The position numbers and the translations under genes are program-made. From contig OY970195.1 in NCBI GenBank assembly GCA_963708185.1, positions 864,001 through 928,000 of the forward strand: a stretch of 64,000 nt of DNA. Direction: 5' to 3'. The DNA is from Candidatus Peregrinibacteria bacterium. Lineage in GTDB: Bacteria > Patescibacteriota > Gracilibacteria > UBA1369. Position 1 is the first letter of the stretch. The number at the start of each line of letters is the position of its first letter. The notes beneath the pieces are model-generated. The model saw only the letters and a program-made list of their open reading frames with translations. It was not told the origin of the DNA and did no database searches. Positions 41,758-52,053 of this stretch are shown here, piece after piece.

Positions 41758-42623
41758 TCAGCGTTTGAAATATCTACCCCCACCGAACCCCGAAGACGAA
41801 GGTAACGGTGGGCATCAGCAGGATTAGCGTAGTCCAAGTAGACCTGACCATTGCCCCAACCACCGTACGCAACAAGAGAAGATTCTGTCAAGTTCTTACC
41901 GTTGAGGACTGATAAGGTTTTTGGATCAACAGGTTTGCCTTCCGCCAGAGCTTTCATCATTAAAGTCAGATAGGCGTCTGCTCCTTCCATAACATCTAAG
42001 CCCATGTCTTCATATTTTTTCACCCAGAGTTTGCTCATTTCATAATTTGTTCTCTTGCCATCGTAAATTTCGGTATCGCGTTCAACATCTTGAACACCGT
42101 CAACGATTGAAACCCTCCATTTGTTTTCTGTCTTGGACTTTCCGCCATTCCAAAGAGCGTTATCTTTGAGGTCATAGGTGTACGTATCAGCCTTTTGACC
42201 TTTTGCAGGATACTTATTGATAGCCTCAACCTTAGATTGACGGGTTGTCGGTGGAACCAGGAGTAAAGTAGGTTCGGCAAGTTTGAGAGCTTTCTCAAGA
42301 ACTTCAGGAGAAAGGCCTTTCTTCACCTGCTCCCAGGTGGGAGCACCATCAGTTGAAATTTCGTAATGTTCCAGCACGGATTTCATTTTTGGATATTGCG
42401 CTTCGAGGTTCTCTAAAAGTTCCGCTTCCGGAAGTTCAAGATTTTCTCCTCCAATGAGTTCTTTGGCGTGTGTTCGAAAAACACCCTGCGTTTTGTTTTC
42501 GGTTGCGCGGCGCAGGTTTTCCACGGCTTTTTCTTCAACGGGCTGCTCCGGATTTTTTGGTTTACGCTTAAGTTTTTCAGACAGTTTTTCGGTATGATGC
42601 GCGAGTTTGCGGATGATTCCCAT
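41736..42623 (-). CDS. Hypothetical protein with DGR-variable-region-like (C-type-lectin fold) C-terminus
   Basis: C-terminal VAYGGWGNGQVYLDYANPADAHRYLRLRGSV with NNY-biased codons. Confidence 0.6.
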   Translation of the reverse strand: MGIIRKLAHHTEKLSEKLKRKPKNPEQPVEEKAVENLRRATENKTQGVFRTHAKELIGGENLELPEAELLENLEAQYPKMKSVLEHYEISTDGAPTWEQVKKGLSPEVLEKALKLAEPTLLLVPPTTRQSKVEAINKYPAKGQKADTYTYDLKDNALWNGGKSKTENKWRVSIVDGVQDVERDTEIYDGKRTNYEMSKLWVKKYEDMGLDVMEGADAYLTLMMKALAEGKPVDPKTLSVLNGKNLTESSLVAYGGWGNGQVYLDYANPADAHRYLRLRGSVGVDISNADGGAAGD

Positions 42624-42632
42624 GGTAGAAAA

Positions 42633-44201
42633 TTACTGTTGCGGATTTTGCTGAGCCTGGGGTTCATTCATGGCTGCCTGTTGTGGAGCAGACTGGGGCC
42701 CAACTTGTGGCTGGATGTCGGGGGTGCCGACCGGTGCCATCGGTGCCTGCTGTGGAAGAGGTTCGTTGCTGTTTGGCTGCATATTGGGTTCGACATCAGG
42801 CAATGGCATTGCAACGTTTGAAGGAGTCTCCTGCGGGTTTGTATCAACTGGAGGGGCGGACACGATGGGCATGGAGGTTTCAGGTTCTTGCGATTCCTGG
42901 TTAGCTTGCTGCTGTTGCTGGTTTTGTTCTTTGCCGAACGTTTTGACTTCGGGTTCCACTCCCATGTTTTCGATGACGAATTGCGGACGCTGGGCTTGCG
43001 GTGCAGCGGGCTGTGCGGGCTGCTGCGACTGGGCTGGCTGGGATTCCGGCTGGGTCGCGGGCTGTTGCTCAGGCTGATTCTGGCCAGCCGCCTGTTGGAG
43101 CCAGACAGGCGTTTCCATCTGCGCTCCGCCCACACCGATTTGCTGGGCTTGTGGCACAGGCTGCTCAGGTTTGGCATTTTCCTGCTGTTGCAGAGCTTGC
43201 TGCTGCTGTTGTATGAGGCCCGGTTGTTTAGCCACGGCTTTCTTGTGTTTTTCAATATAGTTTTCAGCTTTCTGTTTGACGTCAGGCGGAACATCTTTGT
43301 CGAACACAATCTTGTCGGTCGGGTACGGCAATGACCAGCCTTTGCGATAAAAATCTTTATGAATCTGGCGCATTAGCGAACTGATCGGACGCATGATACC
43401 CTTTCTTGATTCAACCCAGCAGCGCAGCATGATCTTGTTGTAGTATGGTCCCGGCTGGCGGACGATGACATTCGGTTTTGGATGTTTGAGAATCCAGCGG
43501 CATTTATCAACGGACGCGTAGAGCTGATTGATGACCTCCGTGAGGTCCATGTACAGATCAACGCCGATAGTGAGATAAAAGCGTCGTTCGGGATAACTGG
43601 TGTAACTGATGACCTGGTTTTTGAACAGTTCGGAATTCGGAACGATGACTTTGGTTCCGTCGAATTTTTTGATGACGGTGTATCGTGACTGGATTTCCTT
43701 AATGATGCCCATAGTTCCTTTTACTTTGACCCAGTCGTTGATGGTGAACTGCTTTTGAAGGAGCACAATGATTCCGGAAACGAAATTCATGATGATATCC
43801 TGCATGGCAAAACCCACGCCGAAGGCGAGAGCAGCGATGATGGAAGTCAAATCCAGGCCGGCGATCTTGAGGCCCGCCGTGATGCCAATAAGCAATACTG
43901 CGGCGCTCGAGGTGCGGCTGGCTACGATCTGGATCTCCTTGTGCTCTTCTTCGATCCCGGCTTCGGTCAGACGGTTTTCCACCATCGATTTGACGATTCT
44001 GGAAAGGAACAGTGAAAGAACGATGACGATAAAACCGGTGATCCAGTAGGGAATAGAACTGAAAATGCTTTCAATGAGACCCTGCACTTGATTGCCGGTT
44101 GCTGCGGCGGCGGAAGCGGCAATATTGCCATTGCCGGATGTACCGCTCGTTTGGGCGAGAGCGACCGGGATATTCAGGATGAGGTTGAGGAACTTGTCCA
44201 T
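42633..44201 (-). CDS. MscS-family mechanosensitive channel with Q/P-rich tail
   Basis: ALAFGVGFAMQDIIMNFVSG, DWVKV.G..G.I and IVPNS motifs. Confidence 0.9.
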   Translation of the reverse strand: MDKFLNLILNIPVALAQTSGTSGNGNIAASAAAATGNQVQGLIESIFSSIPYWITGFIVIVLSLFLSRIVKSMVENRLTEAGIEEEHKEIQIVASRTSSAAVLLIGITAGLKIAGLDLTSIIAALAFGVGFAMQDIIMNFVSGIIVLLQKQFTINDWVKVKGTMGIIKEIQSRYTVIKKFDGTKVIVPNSELFKNQVISYTSYPERRFYLTIGVDLYMDLTEVINQLYASVDKCRWILKHPKPNVIVRQPGPYYNKIMLRCWVESRKGIMRPISSLMRQIHKDFYRKGWSLPYPTDKIVFDKDVPPDVKQKAENYIEKHKKAVAKQPGLIQQQQQALQQQENAKPEQPVPQAQQIGVGGAQMETPVWLQQAAGQNQPEQQPATQPESQPAQSQQPAQPAAPQAQRPQFVIENMGVEPEVKTFGKEQNQQQQQANQESQEPETSMPIVSAPPVDTNPQETPSNVAMPLPDVEPNMQPNSNEPLPQQAPMAPVGTPDIQPQVGPQSAPQQAAMNEPQAQQNPQQ

Positions 44202-44207
44202 GGATAA

Positions 44208-45551
44208 TTATTGCTGATTGGGTTGTGCCGGAGGATTTTGCTGGTTGTTTTGGTTTTCCGGACCTGATTGTGATTCGGTATTTCCGTCCTGCATCGTTGG
44301 TTGATTATTCACCGGTTCTTCCGGCAGGGGCTTGGAAGGCTGCTGAGAATTGTTACTTGGCTGGGCAAAGGCAGACGGCTTCATCTGTTCCAGAGTCTGC
44401 TGGGTTGCCTGTTGCGCGGACTGGGCTGCCTGGGGCGTGTTCGGAGGAAACGCGGGAGCCGGCTGCTGCGCCACGTTCGGCATGGGCATCGTCGTTACTT
44501 TGAGGAAGGAAGCTCCGCCCTGTTCCAAAGGTCTTTGTTCCTCGGCAATGGCGATGGGCTTGATGAGTTCATCGCGGTTTTTGGAAAGTTCGGTTTCTTC
44601 GTCTTTTCTCATTTTCATGATTCTGTTCAAATCTTCGGGACCGAGTGATTGAGTTTTCACAAACACTTCGTCATCGTCCGTATCGAACGTAAGCGACGTT
44701 GTCGGCCATGGAGAGTCGAGACCGGCCTGTTCGAGTTGCCGCTGGATCTCCATGAAGACTTTCGATTGAATACGTCGCCAGTAGCCTTTGGAATCCACCC
44801 AGAAACGCAACTCCAGGTAGACGTAATAATCGGCGAGGTCGATAAGGATGATGTTGGGTTTTGGACTTAGCATGATGTCCGTATGCGATTTCGCGACGTT
44901 CATACAGATGGCAAAGACCTGCTTCATGTCGATGCAGTAGCGGGTGTAGACCGGAACTTTCATACGTCGGAGCGGGTTGCTGGTGTAGCTCAAGACCTGG
45001 CTTTTGTAGAGTTCGGCGTTGGGAACAATGAGGCGCAAGCCGTTATAGGTATTGAGGTAGGTTGCTCTGACGCGGATGTCGGTCACTTTTCCCATTTTGC
45101 CGTTGACCTTGATCCAGTCGCCGATGCTGAATGGCTGCGAGGCAAGGATTCCGATGCCGGCCACGAAGTTGGAAATCGTGTCCTGCATTCCGAATGAGAT
45201 GCCGAAACCTATGGCCGCGATGAGGTTGGTAATGTTGATGCCCGCCACGGCGAGTGAAATCATACCTCCCACAACGATGACGGCCACGAAGGTCAAACGT
45301 CCTGAAATGATGAGAAACTCCTGATGCTCCGAGGTGATCCTGCTGGCAATTTTGCTTTCCACCATGTTTTTCAGAATCACTCCAAGGATGGCGGAAACGA
45401 TTAAAACGATAATCGCCGTAATCCAGAGTGGCAGATTTTCCAGTACAAATCCCAAAACGTCAAAGGCACTGCCCGCCGATTTTGCCGCGGCGTTCGTTGT
45501 CTGTGCCAAAACCGTTGGAATTCCAAAGATGAGGTTGATGAGATGGTCCAT
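44208..45551 (-). CDS. MscS-family mechanosensitive channel with Q/P-rich tail
   Basis: GFGISFGMQDTISNFVAG, PFSIGDWI and IVPNA motifs. Confidence 0.92.
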   Translation of the reverse strand: MDHLINLIFGIPTVLAQTTNAAAKSAGSAFDVLGFVLENLPLWITAIIVLIVSAILGVILKNMVESKIASRITSEHQEFLIISGRLTFVAVIVVGGMISLAVAGINITNLIAAIGFGISFGMQDTISNFVAGIGILASQPFSIGDWIKVNGKMGKVTDIRVRATYLNTYNGLRLIVPNAELYKSQVLSYTSNPLRRMKVPVYTRYCIDMKQVFAICMNVAKSHTDIMLSPKPNIILIDLADYYVYLELRFWVDSKGYWRRIQSKVFMEIQRQLEQAGLDSPWPTTSLTFDTDDDEVFVKTQSLGPEDLNRIMKMRKDEETELSKNRDELIKPIAIAEEQRPLEQGGASFLKVTTMPMPNVAQQPAPAFPPNTPQAAQSAQQATQQTLEQMKPSAFAQPSNNSQQPSKPLPEEPVNNQPTMQDGNTESQSGPENQNNQQNPPAQPNQQ

Positions 45552-45694
45552 CTTTTTTGTTTTGATTTTTCTTTATAGTATACCAAAAAATGGGCTTTTT
45601 AACAAGCCATTTTATGCCAACTTTGTCAATAAAACCTCGGTTGCCGACGAGGGGTTTTTTAGTACAATACGGAAGATTTCTTTACCTTATCGCC

Positions 45695-46483
45695 ATGGAC
45701 CTTCTTTTTACGGTTATCGGAACCCCCATTTTCCTTGTGATCGCCATTGTTTTGATCATCAGCATCCGCCAGGTGAACGAATATGAACGCGGTATTTTAT
45801 TCCAGTTCGGAAAGTTCAAAAGAATCCTGGACCCGGGCTGGCGGATCATTCTTCCCATCGTACAGTCGATGATCAAGGTCGATATCCGTACGAAAACCGT
45901 TGATGTTCCCGAACAGGAAACGGTGACGAGAGACAATATTCCCATCCGTATGAACGCCGTTATTTACTATAAAATCGTGGACGCCGCGAAGTCGGTGCTG
46001 GCGGTCGAGAATTTTTATTACGCCGTCACGCAGCTGGCTCAGGTCGCCATGAGGAACGTGGTGGGTCAGGCGAGCCTCGACGAGCTGCTGAAAAACCGCG
46101 AAGACATATCGAAAAAGATCGAGGAACATGTCGACGAAGCCACCAATCCCTGGGGCATCGACGTGGCGAGCGTGGAGCTCAAAGACATCGTGCTTCCCGA
46201 CAACCTGAAACGCACCATTGCCAAAGAAGCTGAAGCTGAACGTGAAAAACGCGCCGTGATTATCCAGTCCACGGGTGAAGTCCTGGCCGCTGAAAATATT
46301 TCCAAAGCCGCCAAGATGCTTGCCCAAAGCCCCGGAGCGCTTCATTTGAGGACGTTGCAGGCCATTGACGATCTTTCTTCCGACGAGTCCAACACTACGA
46401 TCTGGATGGTGCCGATCGAGGCTTTAAGAGCCCTGGAAGGGTTCAACGACTTCATGAAAAGCAAAGCAGCGAAAAAAGAGTAA
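45695..46483 (+). CDS. SPFH/band 7 (slipin/stomatin-like) protein
   Basis: EYERGILF.FGK, VDIRTKTVDVP.QE.VTRDN and AEAEREKRA motifs. Confidence 0.93.
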   Translation: MDLLFTVIGTPIFLVIAIVLIISIRQVNEYERGILFQFGKFKRILDPGWRIILPIVQSMIKVDIRTKTVDVPEQETVTRDNIPIRMNAVIYYKIVDAAKSVLAVENFYYAVTQLAQVAMRNVVGQASLDELLKNREDISKKIEEHVDEATNPWGIDVASVELKDIVLPDNLKRTIAKEAEAEREKRAVIIQSTGEVLAAENISKAAKMLAQSPGALHLRTLQAIDDLSSDESNTTIWMVPIEALRALEGFNDFMKSKAAKKE

Positions 46484-46502
46484 TTCGGCTTTGACGGCTC
46501 TT

Positions 46503-47450
46503 TTACTGGCGCAGGAAGTTTCCGCCTTCCGTATCTTCATGCTGCGGTTCTTCCTCTTCCTCTTCCTCTTCTTCGCTTTCATCTGGGATGCCGTAGTCGG
46601 CTCCGTAACTTGTGCTCGTTGCTAAAAAGTCGACGCCGTAGTTCTGGTAGAGCCAGAAGTAGAACATGGCCACCGCTCCCTGGAAAAAGCCGATTGAAGT
46701 CCAAATCACCGGCAAAACGACAAAGAGTACCAGCGTTGTTCCGGTGCCTCCAAGGCCCGTGTACAGGAAAAAGCTGATCGCCGTCGCGACGAGGACGCCC
46801 AGAATGGTCGTGTAGACGCTGATGAGCGAGTAGCGATAGTCATGGATGAGTTCCATGATGAGCGCGCTGGCCGTGGCGCTTAAAATGATCTGGAGTCCGG
46901 CGACGTACGCCGTCAATTCAAGCCGCGTCGTGGAGGTCGTCAGGTAGATCGGCGCCACGAAGGCGAAAATAACGATGTTGATAATGAAAATCTGCGAGAG
47001 CGCCGTCGTGACGCGGTTGTAGCGCTCACGTTCGGTATAGGCGATGAGCAGCGGCGCGATCAAGCTTGAGACGATCGAAGTGGCGAAAATCATCGCCATA
47101 AGAACGAAAATAAACAGCGGGCTCACTTCCTGGGCCTGCGCTTCTGCAGGTGAAAGCACCGGCTGGAGGATCGATGACGTCAAAAGGAAAATCAGGAGAA
47201 GGATCAATGTTCCTGCGACTCCGCCGGCGAGACCGGCGAACGTTTTCAACACCAGCGTGAAAAAGGACATTTTGCGAGGTCCGTAATCCTGTTCGGGCTG
47301 CTGGGGCATTTGTTGCATTTGCTGCGCCTGCTGTGCAGGCATTTGCTCCATCGCGGGCATCTGTTCCTGGTACTGCCCGTTCTGGTTTTGATCGGGTGGA
47401 TAAGGGTTTTGCCCCGTCATTCCGCCTTGCTGATTTTGGTTTCCGTCCAT
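46503..47450 (-). CDS. Hypothetical polytopic membrane protein with Q-rich N-terminus and acidic C-terminus
   Basis: About six hydrophobic segments. Confidence 0.8.
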   Translation of the reverse strand: MDGNQNQQGGMTGQNPYPPDQNQNGQYQEQMPAMEQMPAQQAQQMQQMPQQPEQDYGPRKMSFFTLVLKTFAGLAGGVAGTLILLLIFLLTSSILQPVLSPAEAQAQEVSPLFIFVLMAMIFATSIVSSLIAPLLIAYTERERYNRVTTALSQIFIINIVIFAFVAPIYLTTSTTRLELTAYVAGLQIILSATASALIMELIHDYRYSLISVYTTILGVLVATAISFFLYTGLGGTGTTLVLFVVLPVIWTSIGFFQGAVAMFYFWLYQNYGVDFLATSTSYGADYGIPDESEEEEEEEEEPQHEDTEGGNFLRQ

Positions 47451-47473
47451 GGTTTTTGTGTTAGGAACCGCAT

Positions 47474-47926
47474 TCAGGTTCTGCTATCTCTATGTATTCT
47501 ACCATAAAAAACCAGAATCAGGAAGATGCCGACGGTTAAAAGTGCGTCGGCGAGGTTGAAGACGGGGAAGTTCCCGACGGAAATGAAATCGATGACGAAG
47601 CCGCGCGCGAGGCGGTCAAACAGGTTTCCGAGCGCACCGCCGATGACCATACTGAGGAAAAACTGCGAGTCTTTCCGCCGCAAATCGATATGCTGGCTGA
47701 TGAAAATCGGCAGGATGATGAGCAGAAGCACGTTGATGATGCTCAGCCACGGCTGGGGGATGAAAATGCTCCAGGCAATGCCGACGTTTTGCTGGTACTG
47801 CAAGGAAAACCAGTCGCTCAACCGCAGCGGCGTGCGGAAATAAGCTGACGCGATCCACTTCAGGATCTGATCGGCGACAAAGAAAAACAGCACAGGGACC
47901 CCTACTTTGAAGTAACTTTTTTTCAT
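47474..47926 (-). CDS. lspA: Lipoprotein signal peptidase
   Basis: DQ..K, N.GIAWS, GGALGNLFDR, VIDFI and FNLAD motifs. Confidence 0.96.
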   Translation of the reverse strand: MKKSYFKVGVPVLFFFVADQILKWIASAYFRTPLRLSDWFSLQYQQNVGIAWSIFIPQPWLSIINVLLLIILPIFISQHIDLRRKDSQFFLSMVIGGALGNLFDRLARGFVIDFISVGNFPVFNLADALLTVGIFLILVFYGRIHRDSRT

Positions 47927-48014
47927 ATGGCCATGATGCCCTCCCCCGGATTGCTTTTCAAGCCCGGCTTTGTTAGGATTGAGGCCACGGAATATTTCAT
48001 TCTTTCGCTTTTAC

Positions 48015-49211
48015 ATGAGGAAGAACCACGGTGACAAAGTGCTTTTTGCAATGATCTTAATCCTGATGTGTTTTGGGCTCGTGATGATTACGAGTATCGG
48101 CGTTCCCAAATCCATCCAGCTTTCCGCACCGAACATTCTGTATCCAAACTGCAGCGACCCCCAGGTGGATTGCTATCTGCTTTTCAAGAACCATCTTTTG
48201 CGTCTCTTCATCGGGACGATTTGTCTGCTCATCGCCATCAAAATCCCCATGAAGTTCTGGAAGAAAATTTCGGTGGTGTTTTTCGGGGGCATGGTCATTT
48301 TACTGTTTGTCCTGCTGATTTTAGGCTCCAAATATACGACCTTCGCCAGAAGCTGGCTGGTGATTTTGAACACTTCGATCCAGCCGATCGAGTTCGCCAA
48401 ACTCGCGTTGGTCTTGTACCTGGCGAACTGGCTCGAAAAAAAGAGCGGACAGGTCGATACGTTTGAATACGGATTCCTGCCTTTCTGTATCGTGACCGGA
48501 GTGATGGTCCTGCCGATTCTGCTTCAGCCCGACCTTGGAGGAACGCTCGTGGTGGGTATTATTGCCGTGGCCATGTATTACGCGGCGGGAGCGAGGCTGC
48601 GTCATCTGGCTTTGGGAGCGTTTATCGCTTTACTCGCGGGCATCATCATCGTTTCGAGCATCGGCCACGTGAGGGACCGCTTTCTTGCTTTCTTCAATGT
48701 GGACAAAAACTGCAGCGAGGATTACTGCTGGCAATCCGAACAGGCGAATATCGCCGTGGGAAGCGGCGGGTTCTGGGGAAAAGGTCTGACCCAGGGCGTG
48801 CAGAAATCTTACTGGCTGCCGCAGGCTTCCGACGATTTCATTTTTGCGGCATCGGCCGAAGAACTTGGATTTATCCGCATCTCTCTGCTTGTGATCATTT
48901 ACGCTGTCATCGCTTTCCGCGGATACAAAATCGCTTCCGCTTCGCAAAACAGGTTTACCCAGCTCACCGCGGTGGGTATTTCAACGTGGATCACGGCCCA
49001 GGCTTTCGTGAATATTGCCGTGAACCTGGCGCTGATGCCTGTCACGGGCATTACGCTGCCTTTCGTGAGCTATGGCGGATCATCACTGATATCGGTTATG
49101 ATTGCCGCGGGCATTCTGCTCCATATTTCTCAACAGCACTCCGATTATGCGTCTGGTTCTGACCGGCGGGGGAACAGGAGGACACATCATTCCCAATATC
49201 GCCGTTATTGA
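48015..49211 (+). CDS. ftsW: SEDS family protein FtsW
   Basis: QPIEFAK, QPDLG, GSGGFWGKG and LPFVSYGGSS motifs; directly upstream of murG. Confidence 0.9.
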   Translation: MRKNHGDKVLFAMILILMCFGLVMITSIGVPKSIQLSAPNILYPNCSDPQVDCYLLFKNHLLRLFIGTICLLIAIKIPMKFWKKISVVFFGGMVILLFVLLILGSKYTTFARSWLVILNTSIQPIEFAKLALVLYLANWLEKKSGQVDTFEYGFLPFCIVTGVMVLPILLQPDLGGTLVVGIIAVAMYYAAGARLRHLALGAFIALLAGIIIVSSIGHVRDRFLAFFNVDKNCSEDYCWQSEQANIAVGSGGFWGKGLTQGVQKSYWLPQASDDFIFAASAEELGFIRISLLVIIYAVIAFRGYKIASASQNRFTQLTAVGISTWITAQAFVNIAVNLALMPVTGITLPFVSYGGSSLISVMIAAGILLHISQQHSDYASGSDRRGNRRTHHSQYRRY

Positions 49212-50250
49212 CGAGTTGCGTGCACGCTTTCCGGTGGCGGGTTCGCTCGACCTGCTCTATATCGGAAGCCGCGACAGCATGGAGCAAACCATGATGGAAG
49301 AACATGAGGTTCCTTTTGTGGCCATCAGCTGCGGAAAACTGCGGAGGTATTTTTCATGGAAAAACCTCGTGGATTTTTTCCGCATTCCCGTGGGTATCAT
49401 CGAGGCAACATTGGTGCTTTTGAAATTCCGTCCGGAAGTTATTTTTTGCAAAGGCGGGTACGTTTCTTTTCCGGTCGCGGTCGCGGGATGGATACTGGGA
49501 ATTCCCGTGGTCCTTCATGAATCGGACGTTTCTCCGGGCCTAGCCAATAAGCTTTGCGCAAAGTTCGCCAAAGTGATCTGCGTTTCGTTCGAAGAGAGCA
49601 GAAAATATTTCAAACAGAAAAAAGTCGTCCTCACCGGCAATCCGGTACGTCACGAACTCGCCCTTGCCGATGCGGAAACCGGATTTACATTCATGGATTT
49701 TGTTACGGATCTTCCCGTCGTGCTCGTGATGGGAGGAAGCAGCGGTGCGGAATTCGTCAACCAGCTGGTCTGGCGCAATCTCGAGTATCTGCTGCCGCAT
49801 TACCAGGTCGCTCATGTTTGCGGGCGCGGCAAAGTCCAGTCCGCGGAGAAGCTCTTGGAGCACCTTAAACCGGAACATCATAAATATATCGCCCACTACC
49901 GCGCCTTCGATTTTCTCGACCACGAAATGAAAGACGTTTATGCTGCGGCCGATGTGGTCGTGAGCCGCGCGGGAGCCATTTCGCTCGCGGAGATCGATTT
50001 TTTTGAAAAGCCGGCGATCCTCATTCCTTTGGGAAAATCTGCAAGCCGCGGCGACCAGATTTTGAACGCCGATATTTTCGCGAAAGGCCATTTGTGTAAA
50101 ATCCTCCATGAAGGTGAATTTTCAGACGTCGAGTTCATGGATGACGTCCGGGAAATGATCAAACACCGCAAAAGCGCTCACGTGGGCCACAGGAAAGAAG
50201 ACAAATTCCATGCCCTCGACAAGATTATCCGTTTACTGGAAAAACCATGA
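49147..50250 (+). CDS. murG: Lipid II GlcNAc transferase
   Basis: GGGTGGHI, GGYVS, HESD, GGSSGA and SRAGA motifs. Confidence 0.96.
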   Translation: MRLVLTGGGTGGHIIPNIAVIDELRARFPVAGSLDLLYIGSRDSMEQTMMEEHEVPFVAISCGKLRRYFSWKNLVDFFRIPVGIIEATLVLLKFRPEVIFCKGGYVSFPVAVAGWILGIPVVLHESDVSPGLANKLCAKFAKVICVSFEESRKYFKQKKVVLTGNPVRHELALADAETGFTFMDFVTDLPVVLVMGGSSGAEFVNQLVWRNLEYLLPHYQVAHVCGRGKVQSAEKLLEHLKPEHHKYIAHYRAFDFLDHEMKDVYAAADVVVSRAGAISLAEIDFFEKPAILIPLGKSASRGDQILNADIFAKGHLCKILHEGEFSDVEFMDDVREMIKHRKSAHVGHRKEDKFHALDKIIRLLEKP

Positions 50251-51407
50251 AGATCGGTGTGAACGGCCGTTTTCTGGCCAAGCCCTATACCGGAATCGGA
50301 CAGCATACCAAGTATCTTTTTGATGCCATCGCCAGACTGCATCCTGAAATTTCCATCGTCATGGCCGTGCATGAAAAGGTTTCCGTCCCCTTGCCGAAAA
50401 ACGTTGAGATTCACGTTCTCCCCGAAAAATTCCCCGGGACCGGCGGCATGAAAAAAACTTATTGGGAGCAGCGGCAGGTTCCCCAGTTTTTCCAATCGCA
50501 GGAGGTGGACCTGGCGCATTTTCCATACCCTTCCAACCCCTGGAGCGGTTTTTCAAAACCCGTCTGCGTCACCGTGCATGACGTGATTCCCTGGGAAAAC
50601 GCCGCGTACCGGAGATCCATCACCACGCGGATGTATCAGGACAGCTGCCGCTTCGCCGTAAAAAAAGCCGACCGCATTTTTACCGTTTCCGAAGCTTCGA
50701 AATACGACATCGTTCCCATGTGCCACGTTGAAGAAGAAAGGATCGTGCTGACGTACAACGCGCCGGCCCCGCAGTTTTCCAGGAAAATCGATGAAAGCGG
50801 ACGCGCCAAGATTTTGCAAAAGTACGGTTTGGACCCGGGCCGGCGCTACTTTTTGTACGTCGGCGGATATGACGAAAGAAAAAACGTTCCCGCGCTGGTT
50901 GAGGCTTTTGAACGCTTCATCTCCCCTCATCATGAGATCGACCTTGTGCTCTCGGGAGGCAAAGCCGTCAACGATCCTTTGTACGCGAGTTTCGATCATC
51001 TGCTTCATCGCGACCAGTCCCAGCGTCCGGGGAAAATCCATACCACGGGCTTCATCGACGAAGCAGACCTGCCGGCGCTGTATCAATCCGCTTTCGTTTT
51101 CGTCAACGTCTCAACAAAGGAAGGATGCAATCTTCCCCTGCTGGAAGCGCTGGTAAGCGGCATTCCGGTGATCGCTTCGGATATTCCCGTCCATCACGAG
51201 ATGATCGGTCCCCACGCCGTGTACGTGAAACCCAACGACATCGAACGGATCGGTGCTCTCATGGACCAGCTTCTTCGCGACGATAATTTTTATTCCCTCC
51301 ACCACAAAGACGCAATCGACTATCGATGTCCTTTTTCCTGGGACAAAACCGCCGGGAAAGTTTTCGGAGAATATGAAGAACTCATCAGGCTCAAATCCAT
51401 GCTATAA
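50247..51407 (+). CDS. Glycosyltransferase family 4
   Basis: TVHDVIP, RKN and EGCNLPLLEA motifs. Confidence 0.9.
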   Translation: MKIGVNGRFLAKPYTGIGQHTKYLFDAIARLHPEISIVMAVHEKVSVPLPKNVEIHVLPEKFPGTGGMKKTYWEQRQVPQFFQSQEVDLAHFPYPSNPWSGFSKPVCVTVHDVIPWENAAYRRSITTRMYQDSCRFAVKKADRIFTVSEASKYDIVPMCHVEEERIVLTYNAPAPQFSRKIDESGRAKILQKYGLDPGRRYFLYVGGYDERKNVPALVEAFERFISPHHEIDLVLSGGKAVNDPLYASFDHLLHRDQSQRPGKIHTTGFIDEADLPALYQSAFVFVNVSTKEGCNLPLLEALVSGIPVIASDIPVHHEMIGPHAVYVKPNDIERIGALMDQLLRDDNFYSLHHKDAIDYRCPFSWDKTAGKVFGEYEELIRLKSML

Positions 51408-51428
51408 TATCGACAGTATTTTTACGCC

Positions 51429-51959
51429 ATGAACCAATCCATTCTCATCGCCGTTTTCTCTTTCGTGATCATTCTCGCGATCGCACTGTTGTTTTTGTAC
51501 CTCTATCTGAAAGCGGTCCACGACGAGATTCTCAATTACTGGAATACGGTGCTGGATAAAATGCGCCTGCGCAACGATATGGTTCCCAATCTTATTGAAA
51601 CCGTCCGCAAATACAGCAAGAACGACGATAAAATTTTACAGGAAATGATCCAGCTCCGCTCCAAAAGCTGGCCGATGGCGGACTCCAACAGCCAGAAGGT
51701 CAACGTGGAACTGAGCCTTACCGACGATCTGCGGGCAATCTGGAAGCTCCCCGAAAAAGTCCATGGACTGAACCTGGACACCAATTTTTTATCGTTGAAA
51801 AAAGATTTTCATGATCTCGGCAAAGAGATCGACGCCATGGTCGACGTCTACAATAAAAAAATCCGCGGTTACAACAGTCGGGTTGGGTTTCTTTTGTTCA
51901 AACCTTTTTTTCGTTTGATGGGTTTGAAGAAATTTTCGATTTTTGAGTTTGAACCCTAA
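51429..51959 (+). CDS. lemA: LemA family protein
   Basis: N-terminal TM, R.DMVPNLIETVRKY, NFL.L and YN..I..YN motifs. Confidence 0.8.
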   Translation: MNQSILIAVFSFVIILAIALLFLYLYLKAVHDEILNYWNTVLDKMRLRNDMVPNLIETVRKYSKNDDKILQEMIQLRSKSWPMADSNSQKVNVELSLTDDLRAIWKLPEKVHGLNLDTNFLSLKKDFHDLGKEIDAMVDVYNKKIRGYNSRVGFLLFKPFFRLMGLKKFSIFEFEP

Positions 51960-52053
51960 CCGTCACAGGTGAGTGGTTCCGCACCTTTCCAGAAATATCA
52001 TCGCGCTTTTCTGTTTATCTTAAGAGGTTATTTTTGATTTTTGTAAAAAAGTC

